64,000 nt of DNA from an uncultured Clostridia bacterium (GCA_947626885.1 CANQTX010000006.1:7025-71024), one strand, 5' to 3'; shown: positions 1 to 10,618, counted from the stretch's first letter. Numbers and translations are program-made. Notes: generated from the letters alone by a model not told the origin.

Positions 1-2494
1 TTTCACACATATCTGCTATTAAATTGGTATTCGTTACCACAACTTCATAAGCTTTTTCTTCTCCTAAATATGTAAACTCTTTTAACATTTCTTCCGTTGT
101 TCTTAAATATAGAGGTGCTTGCATATCAGCATCATCATACTTCTGCCCTGCTTGCAATATTCTTCTATAAATTTCATCTTGTGGGTCCATAAAATGTACA
201 TCACAAGTAGCCACTACTGGTTTATGTAATTTTTCTCCTAAATCTACAATTTTTTGATTGAATTTCTCTAAATCTTTTCTACTATTTACCAATCCTTCTC
301 TTAGCATATATTCATTATTGCCTAAAGGTTGTATTTCTAAATAATCATAATAATTTGCTATCTCTTCTATTTCTTCTGTTGATTTATCTGCTACAATAGA
401 TCGATATAATTCTCCTGCTTCACAAGCACTTCCTAAAATAAGTCCCTCACGATACTTATTTAGCATACTTTTTAAGATTCTAGGTTTTTTATAAAAATAA
501 TGTAAATGTGAGTAAGAAATCAGTTTATATAAATTTTTTAAACCTACATAATTTTTAGCTAAAATAATAGCATGATAAGATGGTAATTTTTTAAAGTCTG
601 TTTCAAATACATTATCAAAATCATCAATTGTCTTAGCATTTTTATCTTTTGCTTTTTCTATCATTACTTTAAAAACAGAAACAAGCGTTTTTACATCATC
701 TAAAGCACGGTGTGCTACATCTACTCTAATACCTAACTTATCAGCAATCATTCCTAATTTATATTTTGAAAATTCTGGAAAAACTGATTTTGCTAAACGC
801 AATGTATCAATATAAGTTTTCTCAAATGGTAATCCTAATTGTTCGCAGTTATATTTCAAAAACCCAATATCAAAATCAGCATTATGTGCTACTAATACAG
901 AATCTCCCATAAATGCTAATATCTTGGGCATAACTTGATCAATTGTTTCCGCATCTTTTACCATATCATCTGTAATATGTGTTACTTCTACTACCTTAGA
1001 TGGAATCGGTTTTTCTGGATTTACAAAACATTCAAATGTATCAATAATTTCTCCATTTCTTATTTTTATCATGCCTACTTCTGTTATTTTTTCTGTCAGA
1101 TGTGATAATCCCGTTGTTTCTAAATCAAATACGCAATATTCTGTATCTATTAATTGATTTTTAGACAAAAAAACACACGGATCTTTATCTGGAACGAAGT
1201 ATGCTTCTACGCCATAGATAACTTTTAAATCTGCCTTTGTGTTCTCTAGAAATTTATGAGCTTCTGGAAAAGATTGTACAACACCATGATCTGTTATAGC
1301 AATCGATTTCCATCCCCACTCTATTGCTCTTTTTAGTAAGTCTTGGCAAGGTGTAATACCATCCATTTGGCTCATTTGTGTATGCATATGCAACTCTACT
1401 CTTTTTTGTACAGCATCATCCATGCGTTTTTCTACTTCAATGCCAATAGATTCTATCATGGTTTTTATCATCACTTCTACTTCTTTGGAATAAATATTAT
1501 ATTTTGCTATACCTTCTATTTTTAGGCCTTTTGCTTTTGCTATTCTATTTTGCATCTTTTTAACTTCTTCTTTTTCTAAAAAAGCTTTGCAAGCAATTGT
1601 ACTTGTTCCATCAAACAAATGAAACATTAAAATAACTTTTTCATTTTTGATATCTCTCGTTTCTAAAGAACCTGATAAAACTTCTCCATCTATACAAACT
1701 TTCATTTCCGTACTTTGTAACATAGGAATATCTTGAATTTTTATGAGATCTGTTTTTATGTGCAAGCTTCTTCCATAAATAAGAGGAGAATTTTCTCCCA
1801 ATATTTTAGAAGCTTTTTTCTGTTTTGTCTCTAGTTTTTCTTCTAAATCTGAATTTTGTGCTATTAACTCTGCCTTTTCTCTCTCTTTCTCTTCTTTTAA
1901 TTTATCTTTTTCTTTCTCTAATTTTCTTGCCAAAGCTTCTTTTTGTGCTTGTTCTTGCAATAATAATAAAGCTTCTTTTTCTTCAGCTTGTTTCTTTTCT
2001 TTTAACAATGCATCATAATTTTCAGCAATATTTTCAATAAATATTACTTGGTATTGTTTATTATATAGATTTTCTAATAAATGTGACAATGCTTTATCAA
2101 ATTTTTGCACAGTTAAAAAAGAAGCACCCTTCATTGCCAACATAACTTCTAGTGTTTCTTCTTTAATTTTTATTTTACTTCCTGTCAAAATAGCTTTACT
2201 AAATGGCTCTTTTTTAGCAATATAAGCAAGAATATTATCCCAATTATCTTCTATATTTTGCTGAATGTCTACCTCTTGATATTCAATATCAAGAGAAGCT
2301 TTACATACGTTAAATCTATTGACTAAATACTGTTCAAAATTTTCAATTTCTTCCAAATCAATGGGATGTTTTGCTATTACTTTTACTTGTAATTTATTGG
2401 TTTTTTTGTATAAATTGATTTTTTCTATTTGCGTATTTCCTAATGAATGACCCATTGGATAATCTATAAAAACTTCTTTGACATACTTTTGCAT
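1..2494 (-). CDS. polC: DNA polymerase III PolC-type alpha subunit, N-terminal ~830 aa (C-terminus lies beyond the left window edge)
   Basis: My own translation of the minus strand from the ATG at 2494-2492 gives MQKYVKEVFIDYPMGHSLGN... It contains the PHP motif VELHMHTQMSQMDG and DEDD exonuclease motifs (CVFDLETTGL, AHNADFDIGFL, AHRALDDV). The frame stays open to position 1. It is absent from the ORF track because it runs off the edge. Confidence 0.9.
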   Translation of the reverse strand, partial: MQKYVKEVFIDYPMGHSLGNTQIEKINLYKKTNKLQVKVIAKHPIDLEEIENFEQYLVNRFNVCKASLDIEYQEVDIQQNIEDNWDNILAYIAKKEPFSKAILTGSKIKIKEETLEVMLAMKGASFLTVQKFDKALSHLLENLYNKQYQVIFIENIAENYDALLKEKKQAEEKEALLLLQEQAQKEALARKLEKEKDKLKEEKEREKAELIAQNSDLEEKLETKQKKASKILGENSPLIYGRSLHIKTDLIKIQDIPMLQSTEMKVCIDGEVLSGSLETRDIKNEKVILMFHLFDGTSTIACKAFLEKEEVKKMQNRIAKAKGLKIEGIAKYNIYSKEVEVMIKTMIESIGIEVEKRMDDAVQKRVELHMHTQMSQMDGITPCQDLLKRAIEWGWKSIAITDHGVVQSFPEAHKFLENTKADLKVIYGVEAYFVPDKDPCVFLSKNQLIDTEYCVFDLETTGLSHLTEKITEVGMIKIRNGEIIDTFECFVNPEKPIPSKVVEVTHITDDMVKDAETIDQVMPKILAFMGDSVLVAHNADFDIGFLKYNCEQLGLPFEKTYIDTLRLAKSVFPEFSKYKLGMIADKLGIRVDVAHRALDDVKTLVSVFKVMIEKAKDKNAKTIDDFDNVFETDFKKLPSYHAIILAKNYVGLKNLYKLISYSHLHYFYKKPRILKSMLNKYREGLILGSACEAGELYRSIVADKSTEEIEEIANYYDYLEIQPLGNNEYMLREGLVNSRKDLEKFNQKIVDLGEKLHKPVVATCDVHFMDPQDEIYRRILQAGQKYDDADMQAPLYLRTTEEMLKEFTYLGEEKAYEVVVTNTNLIADMCE

Positions 2495-2504
2495 GTTTCG
2501 CCCC

Positions 2505-3077
2505 TTAATTTTCGTTTGTTTGTAACATTTCTTTTAATGTTTGTAATACCTCTTTTACATTTTCTACATTTTTTACTTGAAATCCATTTAACAAAGTAGC
2601 ACCAGGAATATTGCCTCTTGCATAAATACATAAATCCCCATATCCCATTCGCTTTTGTCTAAATGTCTGGTAATACGAGATATCTGTGATGTCTTTATAT
2701 TTAACAATCTTTTCCCTTTTTAAAAACCAAAAATGAAAACGATATACAACTTTCTTTTCATAAAAGGTGGCTTGAGTTCCTACAGCAATTCTTTTATCTA
2801 AAAACAATAGAACACCTAAAGTAATTAAAAACAAGAGTATCGTTAAAACTCCTTCTAAAAAAGCTTTTCCAAAGAAAAATACAATAATACAAATGAAAAA
2901 GATAAGAATTAATCCCATATATTTCAATAATTCATAAGCAATAGAATATTTTCTCTTTAGTTTGTAAATTTCTTTCACATCTTTTTTTAAATTTTCATCT
3001 TCTTGATATTCTTTATAGCAATTACTACAAATATCTCCTGGTTTTTTTAATGGTGCACCACAAATACGACATCTCAT
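2505..3077 (-). CDS. membrane protein with an N-terminal zinc ribbon and a C-terminal bacterial PH-like (bPH_2/YdbS-like) domain
   Basis: 190-aa ORF with CxxC...CxxC (MRCRICGAPLKKPGDICSNCY), two hydrophobic helices, and a ~90-aa tail resembling bPH_2/DUF304. Confidence 0.55.
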   Translation of the reverse strand: MRCRICGAPLKKPGDICSNCYKEYQEDENLKKDVKEIYKLKRKYSIAYELLKYMGLILIFFICIIVFFFGKAFLEGVLTILLFLITLGVLLFLDKRIAVGTQATFYEKKVVYRFHFWFLKREKIVKYKDITDISYYQTFRQKRMGYGDLCIYARGNIPGATLLNGFQVKNVENVKEVLQTLKEMLQTNEN

Positions 3078-3092
3078 TCTTCTTTTGCTCCT

Positions 3093-4094
3093 TTAAAATA
3101 TTCTTAATATATCATTATACGATACATATAATGACAACAACATGAGTAGTGTAAAACCTGCAGATTGAATTCCTATTTCTACTTCTTCTTTTAAAGCCTT
3201 GCCACGCATTCCCTCTATAATTAATAACAATATCTTTCCACCATCCAATGCAGGAATTGGCAATAAATTAGTTACACCTAAAGATAAAGATACAAGGCTC
3301 AATAAATATAAGAAATGGTAGACACCGTTGGTTTGTACAGCCATCTCAGAAATTCCAATCGGCCCCATCATTTGGTTTGGTTTAACATTGCCTGTTACTA
3401 ATAATTTTAGGCTGTCTCCTATAGAAGTAACAAAATCTACTGTTTCCCAAAAAGCATAGTATATATTGTTTTTTAACGTTTTTTCTTTTAATTGTACACT
3501 AATACCTAATAAATAGGTTCCATCAAAATTTGTAGGTTCTACTTCTACTTCTTTTTTCTTTCCTTCTCTTTCAATTTGTAATATGATCTTTGAACCATCT
3601 GATGTTCGCATCACTTTATCGATATCTGATTTTAATCTTGTATTTTCTCCATTAATGGCTACTATTGTATCTCCTACTTGAATACCTGCTAACTTTTCTT
3701 TACATTCTGGTAGAATTTCTCCTATTGTGGTAGATACATTAATACCTGTTATAGCTGTTAAAGTAAAGTACACAAGTACAGCAAAAATAATATTGACAAT
3801 TGAACCAGCTGCCACTATAGCAATTCTTGGTAAAACTTTGGCTTGACTGAAAGATCCTTCTTCCTCTATTCTTTCTGCTTCTCCCAACATATCCACATAG
3901 CCACCAAAAGGTATCGCTCTCAACGTATATTTGGTTTCTTTTGTTTGTTTTGTTATTATTTTCGGCCCAAATCCAATAGAAAATTCATTCACTTTTATTT
4001 TGAATGCCTTTGCCACTAAAAAATGACCGCCCTCATGAATAAATACTAAAAATCCTAATAAAAATATAATTTTAAGTGCACTTACTAAAATCAA
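3093..4094 (-). CDS. rseP: RIP site-2 metalloprotease (M50 family, RseP/RasP)
   Basis: HEGGH (HExxH) in the first TM helix, a PDZ-like central segment and the NLLPIPALDGG motif. The position after cdsA is conserved. Confidence 0.85.
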   Translation of the reverse strand: MILVSALKIIFLLGFLVFIHEGGHFLVAKAFKIKVNEFSIGFGPKIITKQTKETKYTLRAIPFGGYVDMLGEAERIEEEGSFSQAKVLPRIAIVAAGSIVNIIFAVLVYFTLTAITGINVSTTIGEILPECKEKLAGIQVGDTIVAINGENTRLKSDIDKVMRTSDGSKIILQIEREGKKKEVEVEPTNFDGTYLLGISVQLKEKTLKNNIYYAFWETVDFVTSIGDSLKLLVTGNVKPNQMMGPIGISEMAVQTNGVYHFLYLLSLVSLSLGVTNLLPIPALDGGKILLLIIEGMRGKALKEEVEIGIQSAGFTLLMLLSLYVSYNDILRIF

Positions 4095-4104
4095 TGATTT
4101 CCTC

Positions 4105-4920
4105 CTATAAAAACATCGTTAGTAAACAGTATGCAAATGGTGCTATAAACATGACACTATCAATGCGATCCATCATACCACCATGACCTGGAAACAATTT
4201 ACTAAAATCTTTTATGTTAAAATATCGTTTCACAACAGAGGCTGAAAAATCTCCAATTTGACCTATGATACTTAATACAAATCCTATAATTGCAATTGTA
4301 CTATAAGAAATGTGATATCCTAAATATTGGTTAAGAAAATATGTAAAACCAATATTAATAGCCACAGAAGCTATTGTACCTGCTATACACCCTTCTACTG
4401 TTTTATTCGGACTAATTTTGCTCAATTTTCTCTTTCCAAAGTTTTTACCAATCAGATAAGCAAAAGTATCTGTTCCCCAAGCCGCAAAAATAATATACCA
4501 TATCAATATTTTCCCTGAAATAGCCCCTTCTATTCCATAAGTAAGTGGTAAAAATGCTGTAAAACAAATAATGTAAGTAATTCCTACTAGAGTAAACGCC
4601 ATATCTTCAAATGTTATTTTCATATCTGTTATGATAACATGTAAAAATAAAACAAAGAGTAAACATGGTATAGACAACATCAGAATATAGAATAAAATTT
4701 TTATAGGTACCATGTGCAGGCAGGCCAAACTTGCAGCACAAATATATCCTACCCATGAAATAATATGCACCTTATGGGATGCACATTTACTATATTCATA
4801 AAATCCTACTATAGCTATCATTGCAAAAATAAAGTCCATCATATATTTATTGCCTATAATAAACAGAATGATAACAATTGGCAATCCAATTATAGCTGTT
4901 AATAATCTTTTTAAATTCAT
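4105..4920 (-). CDS. cdsA: phosphatidate cytidylyltransferase
   Basis: Polytopic 271-aa protein with the CdsA signature SPNKTVEG...FPGHGGMMDRIDS. Shows uppS-cdsA synteny. Confidence 0.85.
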   Translation of the reverse strand: MNLKRLLTAIIGLPIVIILFIIGNKYMMDFIFAMIAIVGFYEYSKCASHKVHIISWVGYICAASLACLHMVPIKILFYILMLSIPCLLFVLFLHVIITDMKITFEDMAFTLVGITYIICFTAFLPLTYGIEGAISGKILIWYIIFAAWGTDTFAYLIGKNFGKRKLSKISPNKTVEGCIAGTIASVAINIGFTYFLNQYLGYHISYSTIAIIGFVLSIIGQIGDFSASVVKRYFNIKDFSKLFPGHGGMMDRIDSVMFIAPFAYCLLTMFL

Positions 4921-4941
4921 TTCTTTTTTCCTTCTATGTTA

Positions 4942-5649
4942 TTAATTTGCTCCAAATTTTCTATTTCTTTTTTTATACACAGTAATAGCTTCTTCTAAAT
5001 CGTTTTCTGTAAAATCTGGCCAATATTTTTCTAAAAATAGAAACTCTGTATAAACAGATTGCCAAGTTAAAAAATTACTTAATCGCATTTCATTACTTGT
5101 GCGAATAATGAAATCTGGATCTGGTATATCCTTTGTATAAAGATGATTTTTTATCGTTTCTTCTGTAATGTTTTCTATATCTGTTTTTCCTTCTTTTACT
5201 TCTTGTGCTATTTCTTTCACTGCCTTTAATATTTCTGCTCTACCGCCATAGTTTAAAGCAATACTAAATACTGTTCCTGTATTATTTTTTGTTCTTTCAA
5301 CAGCATTTTTGATACTTTTTTGCAAACCTGGTGCCAATATAGTAGTATCTCCTAAAACTTTTATTTTTATATTTTCTGTATCAGCCTTTTTAGCATAATC
5401 ATTCAAATAATTCTCTAATAAAAGCATTAAAGCGCTTATTTCTTCTTCACTTCTTTTCCAATTTTCTGTTGAAAAAGCATACACTGTTATGTATGCTAAC
5501 CCTATTTGATTAGCATATCTTACAATTTTCTCTAATGTTTTAGCACCTTCTTTATGCCCAGAATTAACTGATATCTTTTTTTGTTTTGCCCATCTTCTAT
5601 TACCATCCATAATAATAGCAATATGTTGTGGCAGAAATTGTTCTTTCAT
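4942..5649 (-). CDS. uppS: undecaprenyl-diphosphate synthase (cis-prenyltransferase)
   Basis: Motifs HIAIIMDGNRRWA and RTSNEMRLSNFLTWQ; 235 aa. Confidence 0.9.
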   Translation of the reverse strand: MKEQFLPQHIAIIMDGNRRWAKQKKISVNSGHKEGAKTLEKIVRYANQIGLAYITVYAFSTENWKRSEEEISALMLLLENYLNDYAKKADTENIKIKVLGDTTILAPGLQKSIKNAVERTKNNTGTVFSIALNYGGRAEILKAVKEIAQEVKEGKTDIENITEETIKNHLYTKDIPDPDFIIRTSNEMRLSNFLTWQSVYTEFLFLEKYWPDFTENDLEEAITVYKKRNRKFGAN

Positions 5650-5722
5650 ATGATTATATCCTATCTTTTTTATCTATAATGATTGTTTTATTAAAAATAA
5701 TTCATCTATCCATATATTTTTA

Positions 5723-6265
5723 CTATATGTTCATAATATCTTTTTCTTTGTTTTCTAAAATTTTATCAATCTCTGCAATATATTTATCTGTTAATTTTTG
5801 AATTTTATCCTCATTAGACTTTTCTTCATCTTCCGTAATTTCAGATTTTTTCAATGCTAATTTTTGGCTATCCATTCCGTCTCTTCGAATGGCTCTAATA
5901 CTCACTCTTGTTTCTTCTGCCATTTTTTTAATGTCTTTGACAATTTCTTTTCTTCTTTCTTCTGTTAATTCAGGAAAGTTTAAACGAATAACGCTTCCAT
6001 CATTATTGGGATGAATGCCAATATCAGATGCTAAAATTGCTTTTTCAATTTCTTTTAAAATACTAGCATCCCATGGTTGTATAACAATCATTCTAGCCTC
6101 TGGAACTGATATGCCAGCTACTTGATGAATTGGTGTTGGAACACCATAATACTCTACTGATATTTTATTTAATATTGCTGGGTTTGCCCTTCCAGCTCTT
6201 ATTTCTGATAAATTTTCTTCAAAAACACTTACTGTTTTTTGCATTCTTGTTTCTAATTCTTCCAT
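5723..6265 (-). CDS. frr: ribosome recycling factor
   Basis: 180-aa protein typical of RRF (ISVEYYG.PTP..QVA, RRDG...KK). Shows pyrH-frr synteny. Confidence 0.95.
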   Translation of the reverse strand: MEELETRMQKTVSVFEENLSEIRAGRANPAILNKISVEYYGVPTPIHQVAGISVPEARMIVIQPWDASILKEIEKAILASDIGIHPNNDGSVIRLNFPELTEERRKEIVKDIKKMAEETRVSIRAIRRDGMDSQKLALKKSEITEDEEKSNEDKIQKLTDKYIAEIDKILENKEKDIMNI

Positions 6266-6329
6266 TTTTTTACATCCTTATATCATATTTAGGTTTTAAA
6301 ATGGGTTAACCTATAAACCATTTACTTAA

Positions 6330-7037
6330 TTATTTTACAATCGTTCCTATTTTTTCACCTTGAATGGCTTTTACAATATTTTCTGGTTCACTAATAGCAA
6401 AAACTAATAGTGGAATATTGTTGTCTTTGCATAATGCAGTTGCTGTTGAATCCATAACTTTTAAATCTTGTGCTAACACATCTTTATAAGAAATTTCATC
6501 ATATTTAATTGCATGTGAATCAACTTTAGGATCTGCAGAATATACACCGTCTATTGTTTTTGCAAGTAAAATTACCTCTGCATCCATCTCTGCTGCTCTT
6601 AAAGCTGCTGCCGTATCTGTTGAGAAAAATGGATGTCCTGTTCCGCCAGCAAATATTACAACTCTCCCTCTTTCTAGATGCTTAGCAGCTTTTCTTCGAA
6701 TATATGGCTCTGCTATTTCCTTCATCTCAATAGCTGTTTGTAATCTTGTAAATATGCCTTTTGCTTCTAAAGAATCTTGTAGTGCTAATCCATTCATTAC
6801 AGTTGCAAGCATTCCCATGTAATCTGCTGTTGCTCTATCTGTCATTTTCTTACCATTTTTTAGTCCTCTCCAGAAGTTGCCTCCACCAATAACGATAGAT
6901 ACTTGCACACCCATTTCTACAATTTCTTTTACTTTAATACATATCGCATCTACAACATCTGGGTCAATTCCATGTTTTTCTTTTCCTGCTAGGGCTTCCC
7001 CACTCAACTTTAGTAAAACTCTCTTATAAGCTATCAT
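6330..7037 (-). CDS. pyrH: UMP kinase
   Basis: [13 protein letters not shown]-terminus and an amino-acid-kinase fold; 235 aa; lies upstream of frr. Confidence 0.95.
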   Translation of the reverse strand: MIAYKRVLLKLSGEALAGKEKHGIDPDVVDAICIKVKEIVEMGVQVSIVIGGGNFWRGLKNGKKMTDRATADYMGMLATVMNGLALQDSLEAKGIFTRLQTAIEMKEIAEPYIRRKAAKHLERGRVVIFAGGTGHPFFSTDTAAALRAAEMDAEVILLAKTIDGVYSADPKVDSHAIKYDEISYKDVLAQDLKVMDSTATALCKDNNIPLLVFAISEPENIVKAIQGEKIGTIVK

Positions 7038-7217
7038 ATTGATTCTCCTCTTATTATAATAATATTTTTTTCTCTTTATTTTTCTAATATCATTTATATT
7101 TTTTACTTTTCACATTTTATCATAAAAACTTTCTTTTGACACTACTTTTTTAAAATTATTTTAAAAAAATTATTAATAAAAAATAAAAAAGAAATGATAT
7201 ACTTTTTTTATAATAGC

Positions 7218-7253
7218 AAAAAACCTCTACTGATTCCTCAGCAAAGGTTTTTT
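7218..7253 (-). terminator. rho-independent terminator of greA
   Basis: The minus-strand RNA CCUUUGCUGA-ggaa-UCAGUAGAGG forms 10 bp, two of them G-U, followed by UUUUUU. The same positions are C-A mismatches on the plus strand, so the hairpin is strand-specific. Confidence 0.7.
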
Positions 7254-7255
7254 GT

Positions 7256-7732
7256 TTATTTTTTAATTGTTTTTATTTTTAATTTGATCATTCCTACAGG
7301 TGCTTGCACTTCTACAATATTGTTTCTCTTTTTCCCTAATAATGCTTTTCCAATTGGAGATTCATTGGAAATTTTATTTTGTGATAGGTCTACTTCTGTT
7401 GAACCTACTATTGTATATTCTAATTCTTCATTTAGTTCCATATCTAATACTTTTACTTTATTACCCACTTGAACAACTTCTGTGTCTATTTCTGATTCAT
7501 CAATAATTTTAGCATACTTTATTTTTTCTTCCAATTCAGCAATCTTCATTTCATTAGCTGCTTGAGCATTTTTAGCTTCATCATATTCAGAATTTTCAGA
7601 TAGATCTCCAAAACCTAATGCTACCTTTATTCTATCTGCTATTTCATATCTTACTTCTGTTTTTAATCTTTCTAATTCTTTCTCTAAATTATCATATCCT
7701 TCTTGTGTTAGTAAAAATTCTTTTTCTCCCAT
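7256..7732 (-). CDS. greA: transcription elongation factor GreA
   Basis: 158 aa with an N-terminal coiled coil and a C-terminal GreA/B globular domain (typical [17 protein letters not shown] start). Confidence 0.9.
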   Translation of the reverse strand: MGEKEFLLTQEGYDNLEKELERLKTEVRYEIADRIKVALGFGDLSENSEYDEAKNAQAANEMKIAELEEKIKYAKIIDESEIDTEVVQVGNKVKVLDMELNEELEYTIVGSTEVDLSQNKISNESPIGKALLGKKRNNIVEVQAPVGMIKLKIKTIKK

Positions 7733-7817
7733 ACGTAAGACCCCCCTCTTTGTTTATTCTATCTCACATATCATAAAATTTATTTATACATTTGTCAAGA
7801 TAATTTTTAAAATTGTT

Positions 7818-8759
7818 TTATTTTATCATTTTTTTAGATAGATTGCTATATTCTTGTTTTCTAATTTTTCCGCTTTTTCCACTAAGAAAAATTATATTTA
7901 ACCCATCCTCTTCTATTTCTTTTTTTATATTTTGTGTGGTCGTATGCTTATAGATAAAACTTTCATATAACTCAGATGTATTAAAATTTCGAAAATACAT
8001 TAAATATTTAATATATTTTCTTGGCATAGATACCTCATAAAAACAAGCATTAACACCACGAAAACTTTTGGAAGTCATTTTTATATCTTCCTTTAAATGC
8101 ACCAAACAGGCTTTTTTAGGAATATCATATTTATTTATTTCTTCTTCACTAAAATCTACATTGATAATGATATCTGATTTTTGTAAACTCTTTTTATAAT
8201 TATGATGAATATTTAATAATATACCATTTTCTTCATATAAAGTTTGTTCTATTTTTTTAAATTTTGCTTCTTTCATAGTAACAATATTTAGTAATTTTAC
8301 TCTATTTGCGATTTCCATAATATGATCGACTAATATCTCATCAATATCATTTGTTAAAATAGAAACTTCTTGATAAGCTAATAATTCCTTTTTATTCTGT
8401 GCAATATATTCAATGACTTTCATCATAAGCTGCTTAAACAGCCATCTACCATCCAATATTTTGACAGCTTGTCCTTTCAAAAAAACATTGAAATCTTCAT
8501 GCATTTTTAATGTTTTATCTATACATACAGATTTAACACATTTTACTTTTATGTAATGTTCCAGTTTATTTAATATTTTTTTGTTAATTTTCGGTAATAC
8601 CACCAATGTTTTTCCCTCAATTTTTTGTTCTAATAAACATCCCCTCTTACTTCTTACAAAATATATAAAATCTTTTATAATTTGGGGGAAATTTCTATAA
8701 TTTTCTGGAATTGCCTCATCTTTATCATTAGCTAAAGAAATATAAATCAAATCTATCAC
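7818..8759 (-). CDS. hypothetical cytoplasmic protein (313 aa), no family recognised
   Basis: Long ORF in the same orientation as its neighbours, with AT-rich codon usage like the flanks. I recognise no motif. Confidence 0.5.
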   Translation of the reverse strand: MIDLIYISLANDKDEAIPENYRNFPQIIKDFIYFVRSKRGCLLEQKIEGKTLVVLPKINKKILNKLEHYIKVKCVKSVCIDKTLKMHEDFNVFLKGQAVKILDGRWLFKQLMMKVIEYIAQNKKELLAYQEVSILTNDIDEILVDHIMEIANRVKLLNIVTMKEAKFKKIEQTLYEENGILLNIHHNYKKSLQKSDIIINVDFSEEEINKYDIPKKACLVHLKEDIKMTSKSFRGVNACFYEVSMPRKYIKYLMYFRNFNTSELYESFIYKHTTTQNIKKEIEEDGLNIIFLSGKSGKIRKQEYSNLSKKMIK

Positions 8760-8848
8760 CTCTATATGTATATATGAAGCAATTCATTTTTTAGAACAAG
8801 ACTAGACAATATATTATCTGTATGGTATTATCCTATATCTCACTTTTA

Positions 8849-10618
8849 CTATTTTTTTATATCCAATTTTATATGAATATCTGCCAATTGTCTATCTGTA
8901 ACCTTTCCAGGTGCTCTCATAAGTAAATCTTGTGCTTTACTATTCATAGGAAAAGCAATAACTTCTCTTATACTCTCTTCATCTGTTAGAAGCATTAACA
9001 TTCTATCTATTCCTGGTGCAATACCTGCATGAGGTGGTGCTCCATAATGAAAAGCGTTATATAAGGCAGAAAAACGATTCATGATTTCCTCTTCTGTATA
9101 TCCTGCAATAGAAAATGCTTTCATCATAATTTCTGGATCATGATTTCTTACCGCTCCTGATGAAAGTTCTATACCATTACATACAATATCGTATTGATAT
9201 GCATATATTTCCAATGGATCTTTTGATAATAATGCTTCCATACCACCTTGTGGCATAGAAAAAGGATTATGTGAAAAAGTTAATTTTTCATTATCACCTA
9301 TTTCAAACATAGGAAAATCTACTATCCAACAAAATTGAAATATATCTGAATCCACTAAATTTTGTTGAATTCCAATTTCTTTTCTAATTTCTCCTGCTAA
9401 TTTTTCAACAATGCCTTTACGTTCTGCTATAAAGAAAATGCTATCTCCTTCTTTTGTACCAGTTTGGTTTAATAATGCTTCCTTTGCTTCATCTGGTATC
9501 AATTTTGCAATAGGACCTTGCAATGTTCTATCATCATTTACTTTTAACCACGCTAATCCTTTTGCTTTGCAATGATGAATAGCAAAGTTTTCCATTTCAT
9601 CATAAAAATGTCTTGTTGCTTTTGCACCATCGGGAAGTGTAATGGTTCTTATTATCTTCCCGTTAAATACTTTTATATCTAATGTTTCAAAAATATTAGT
9701 CACATCTTTTATTTCAAGAGGATTCCTTAAATCTGGTTTATCTGTACCATATTTTAACATAGCTTCTTCATACGGGATTCTTGGAAAGGGATATTTTGCT
9801 ACTTTCTTGTTAGAAAATTTTGTAAATGTATTGTAAATTACCTTTTCCATAACAGCAAATACATCCTCTTGTGTGGCAAAAGCCATTTCCATATCCAACT
9901 GATAAAATTCTCCTGGTGATCGATCTGCTCTGGCATCTTCATCTCTAAAGCATGGTGCTATTTGAAAATATTTATCAATGCCTGCTACCATTAACAGTTG
10001 TTTAAATTGTTGTGGTGCTTGTGGTAAGGCATAAAATTTTCCCGGATATACTCTGCTGGGCACTAAATAATCTCTTGCTCCTTCTGGGGAAGAGCTTGTA
10101 AGAATTGGTGTTTGTACTTCTAAAAAACCTTGTTCTATCATTTGGTTCCTTAAAAATTGTAGTAATTTTGCTCTTAATACTAAATTTTCTACATTTTTTC
10201 TTGCTCTTAAATCTAAATAACGATATTCTAATCGTAAATCTTCTCTTACTTGTTTATGATTTTCTATTTCAAATGGTAATGGTTTACTTCTTTTACCTAA
10301 TATCTTTATTTCATTTGCTAATAATTCAACAGTACCTGTTTCTATATTGGTATTAATTGTTTCCTTATCTCTTAATCGAATTTTTCCTGAAACAGTAATA
10401 GTAGATTCTAATGGAATTTTGGAAGCAAAATCTACTTTTTGTTCATCTCCTGAAACAACAACTTGTGTAATACCATATTGATCTCTTAAATCAATAAATA
10501 ATACACCTCCTAAATCTCTAATGGTATCTACCCATCCTGCTAAACGAATCTCTTCACCAACATTGTTTTCTCTTATTTGTGAACAATTATAAGTCCTATA
10601 AATATTCATTTTTTTCAC
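8849..10618 (-). CDS. aspS: aspartyl-tRNA synthetase (bacterial type; discriminating versus non-discriminating cannot be decided)
   Basis: 589 aa with an OB anticodon-binding N-domain and class II motifs (FRDEDARADR, GAPPHAGIAPGIDR). Confidence 0.95.
   Translation of the reverse strand: MKKMNIYRTYNCSQIRENNVGEEIRLAGWVDTIRDLGGVLFIDLRDQYGITQVVVSGDEQKVDFASKIPLESTITVSGKIRLRDKETINTNIETGTVELLANEIKILGKRSKPLPFEIENHKQVREDLRLEYRYLDLRARKNVENLVLRAKLLQFLRNQMIEQGFLEVQTPILTSSSPEGARDYLVPSRVYPGKFYALPQAPQQFKQLLMVAGIDKYFQIAPCFRDEDARADRSPGEFYQLDMEMAFATQEDVFAVMEKVIYNTFTKFSNKKVAKYPFPRIPYEEAMLKYGTDKPDLRNPLEIKDVTNIFETLDIKVFNGKIIRTITLPDGAKATRHFYDEMENFAIHHCKAKGLAWLKVNDDRTLQGPIAKLIPDEAKEALLNQTGTKEGDSIFFIAERKGIVEKLAGEIRKEIGIQQNLVDSDIFQFCWIVDFPMFEIGDNEKLTFSHNPFSMPQGGMEALLSKDPLEIYAYQYDIVCNGIELSSGAVRNHDPEIMMKAFSIAGYTEEEIMNRFSALYNAFHYGAPPHAGIAPGIDRMLMLLTDEESIREVIAFPMNSKAQDLLMRAPGKVTDRQLADIHIKLDIKK

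Noticed and set aside
1343-2040. Plus-strand track ORFs 1343..1525 and 1825..2040
   Set aside because: They lie antisense inside the open polC reading frame. They are low-complexity Leu/Phe-rich translations of the complement of Lys/Glu-rich coding sequence and have no RBS.
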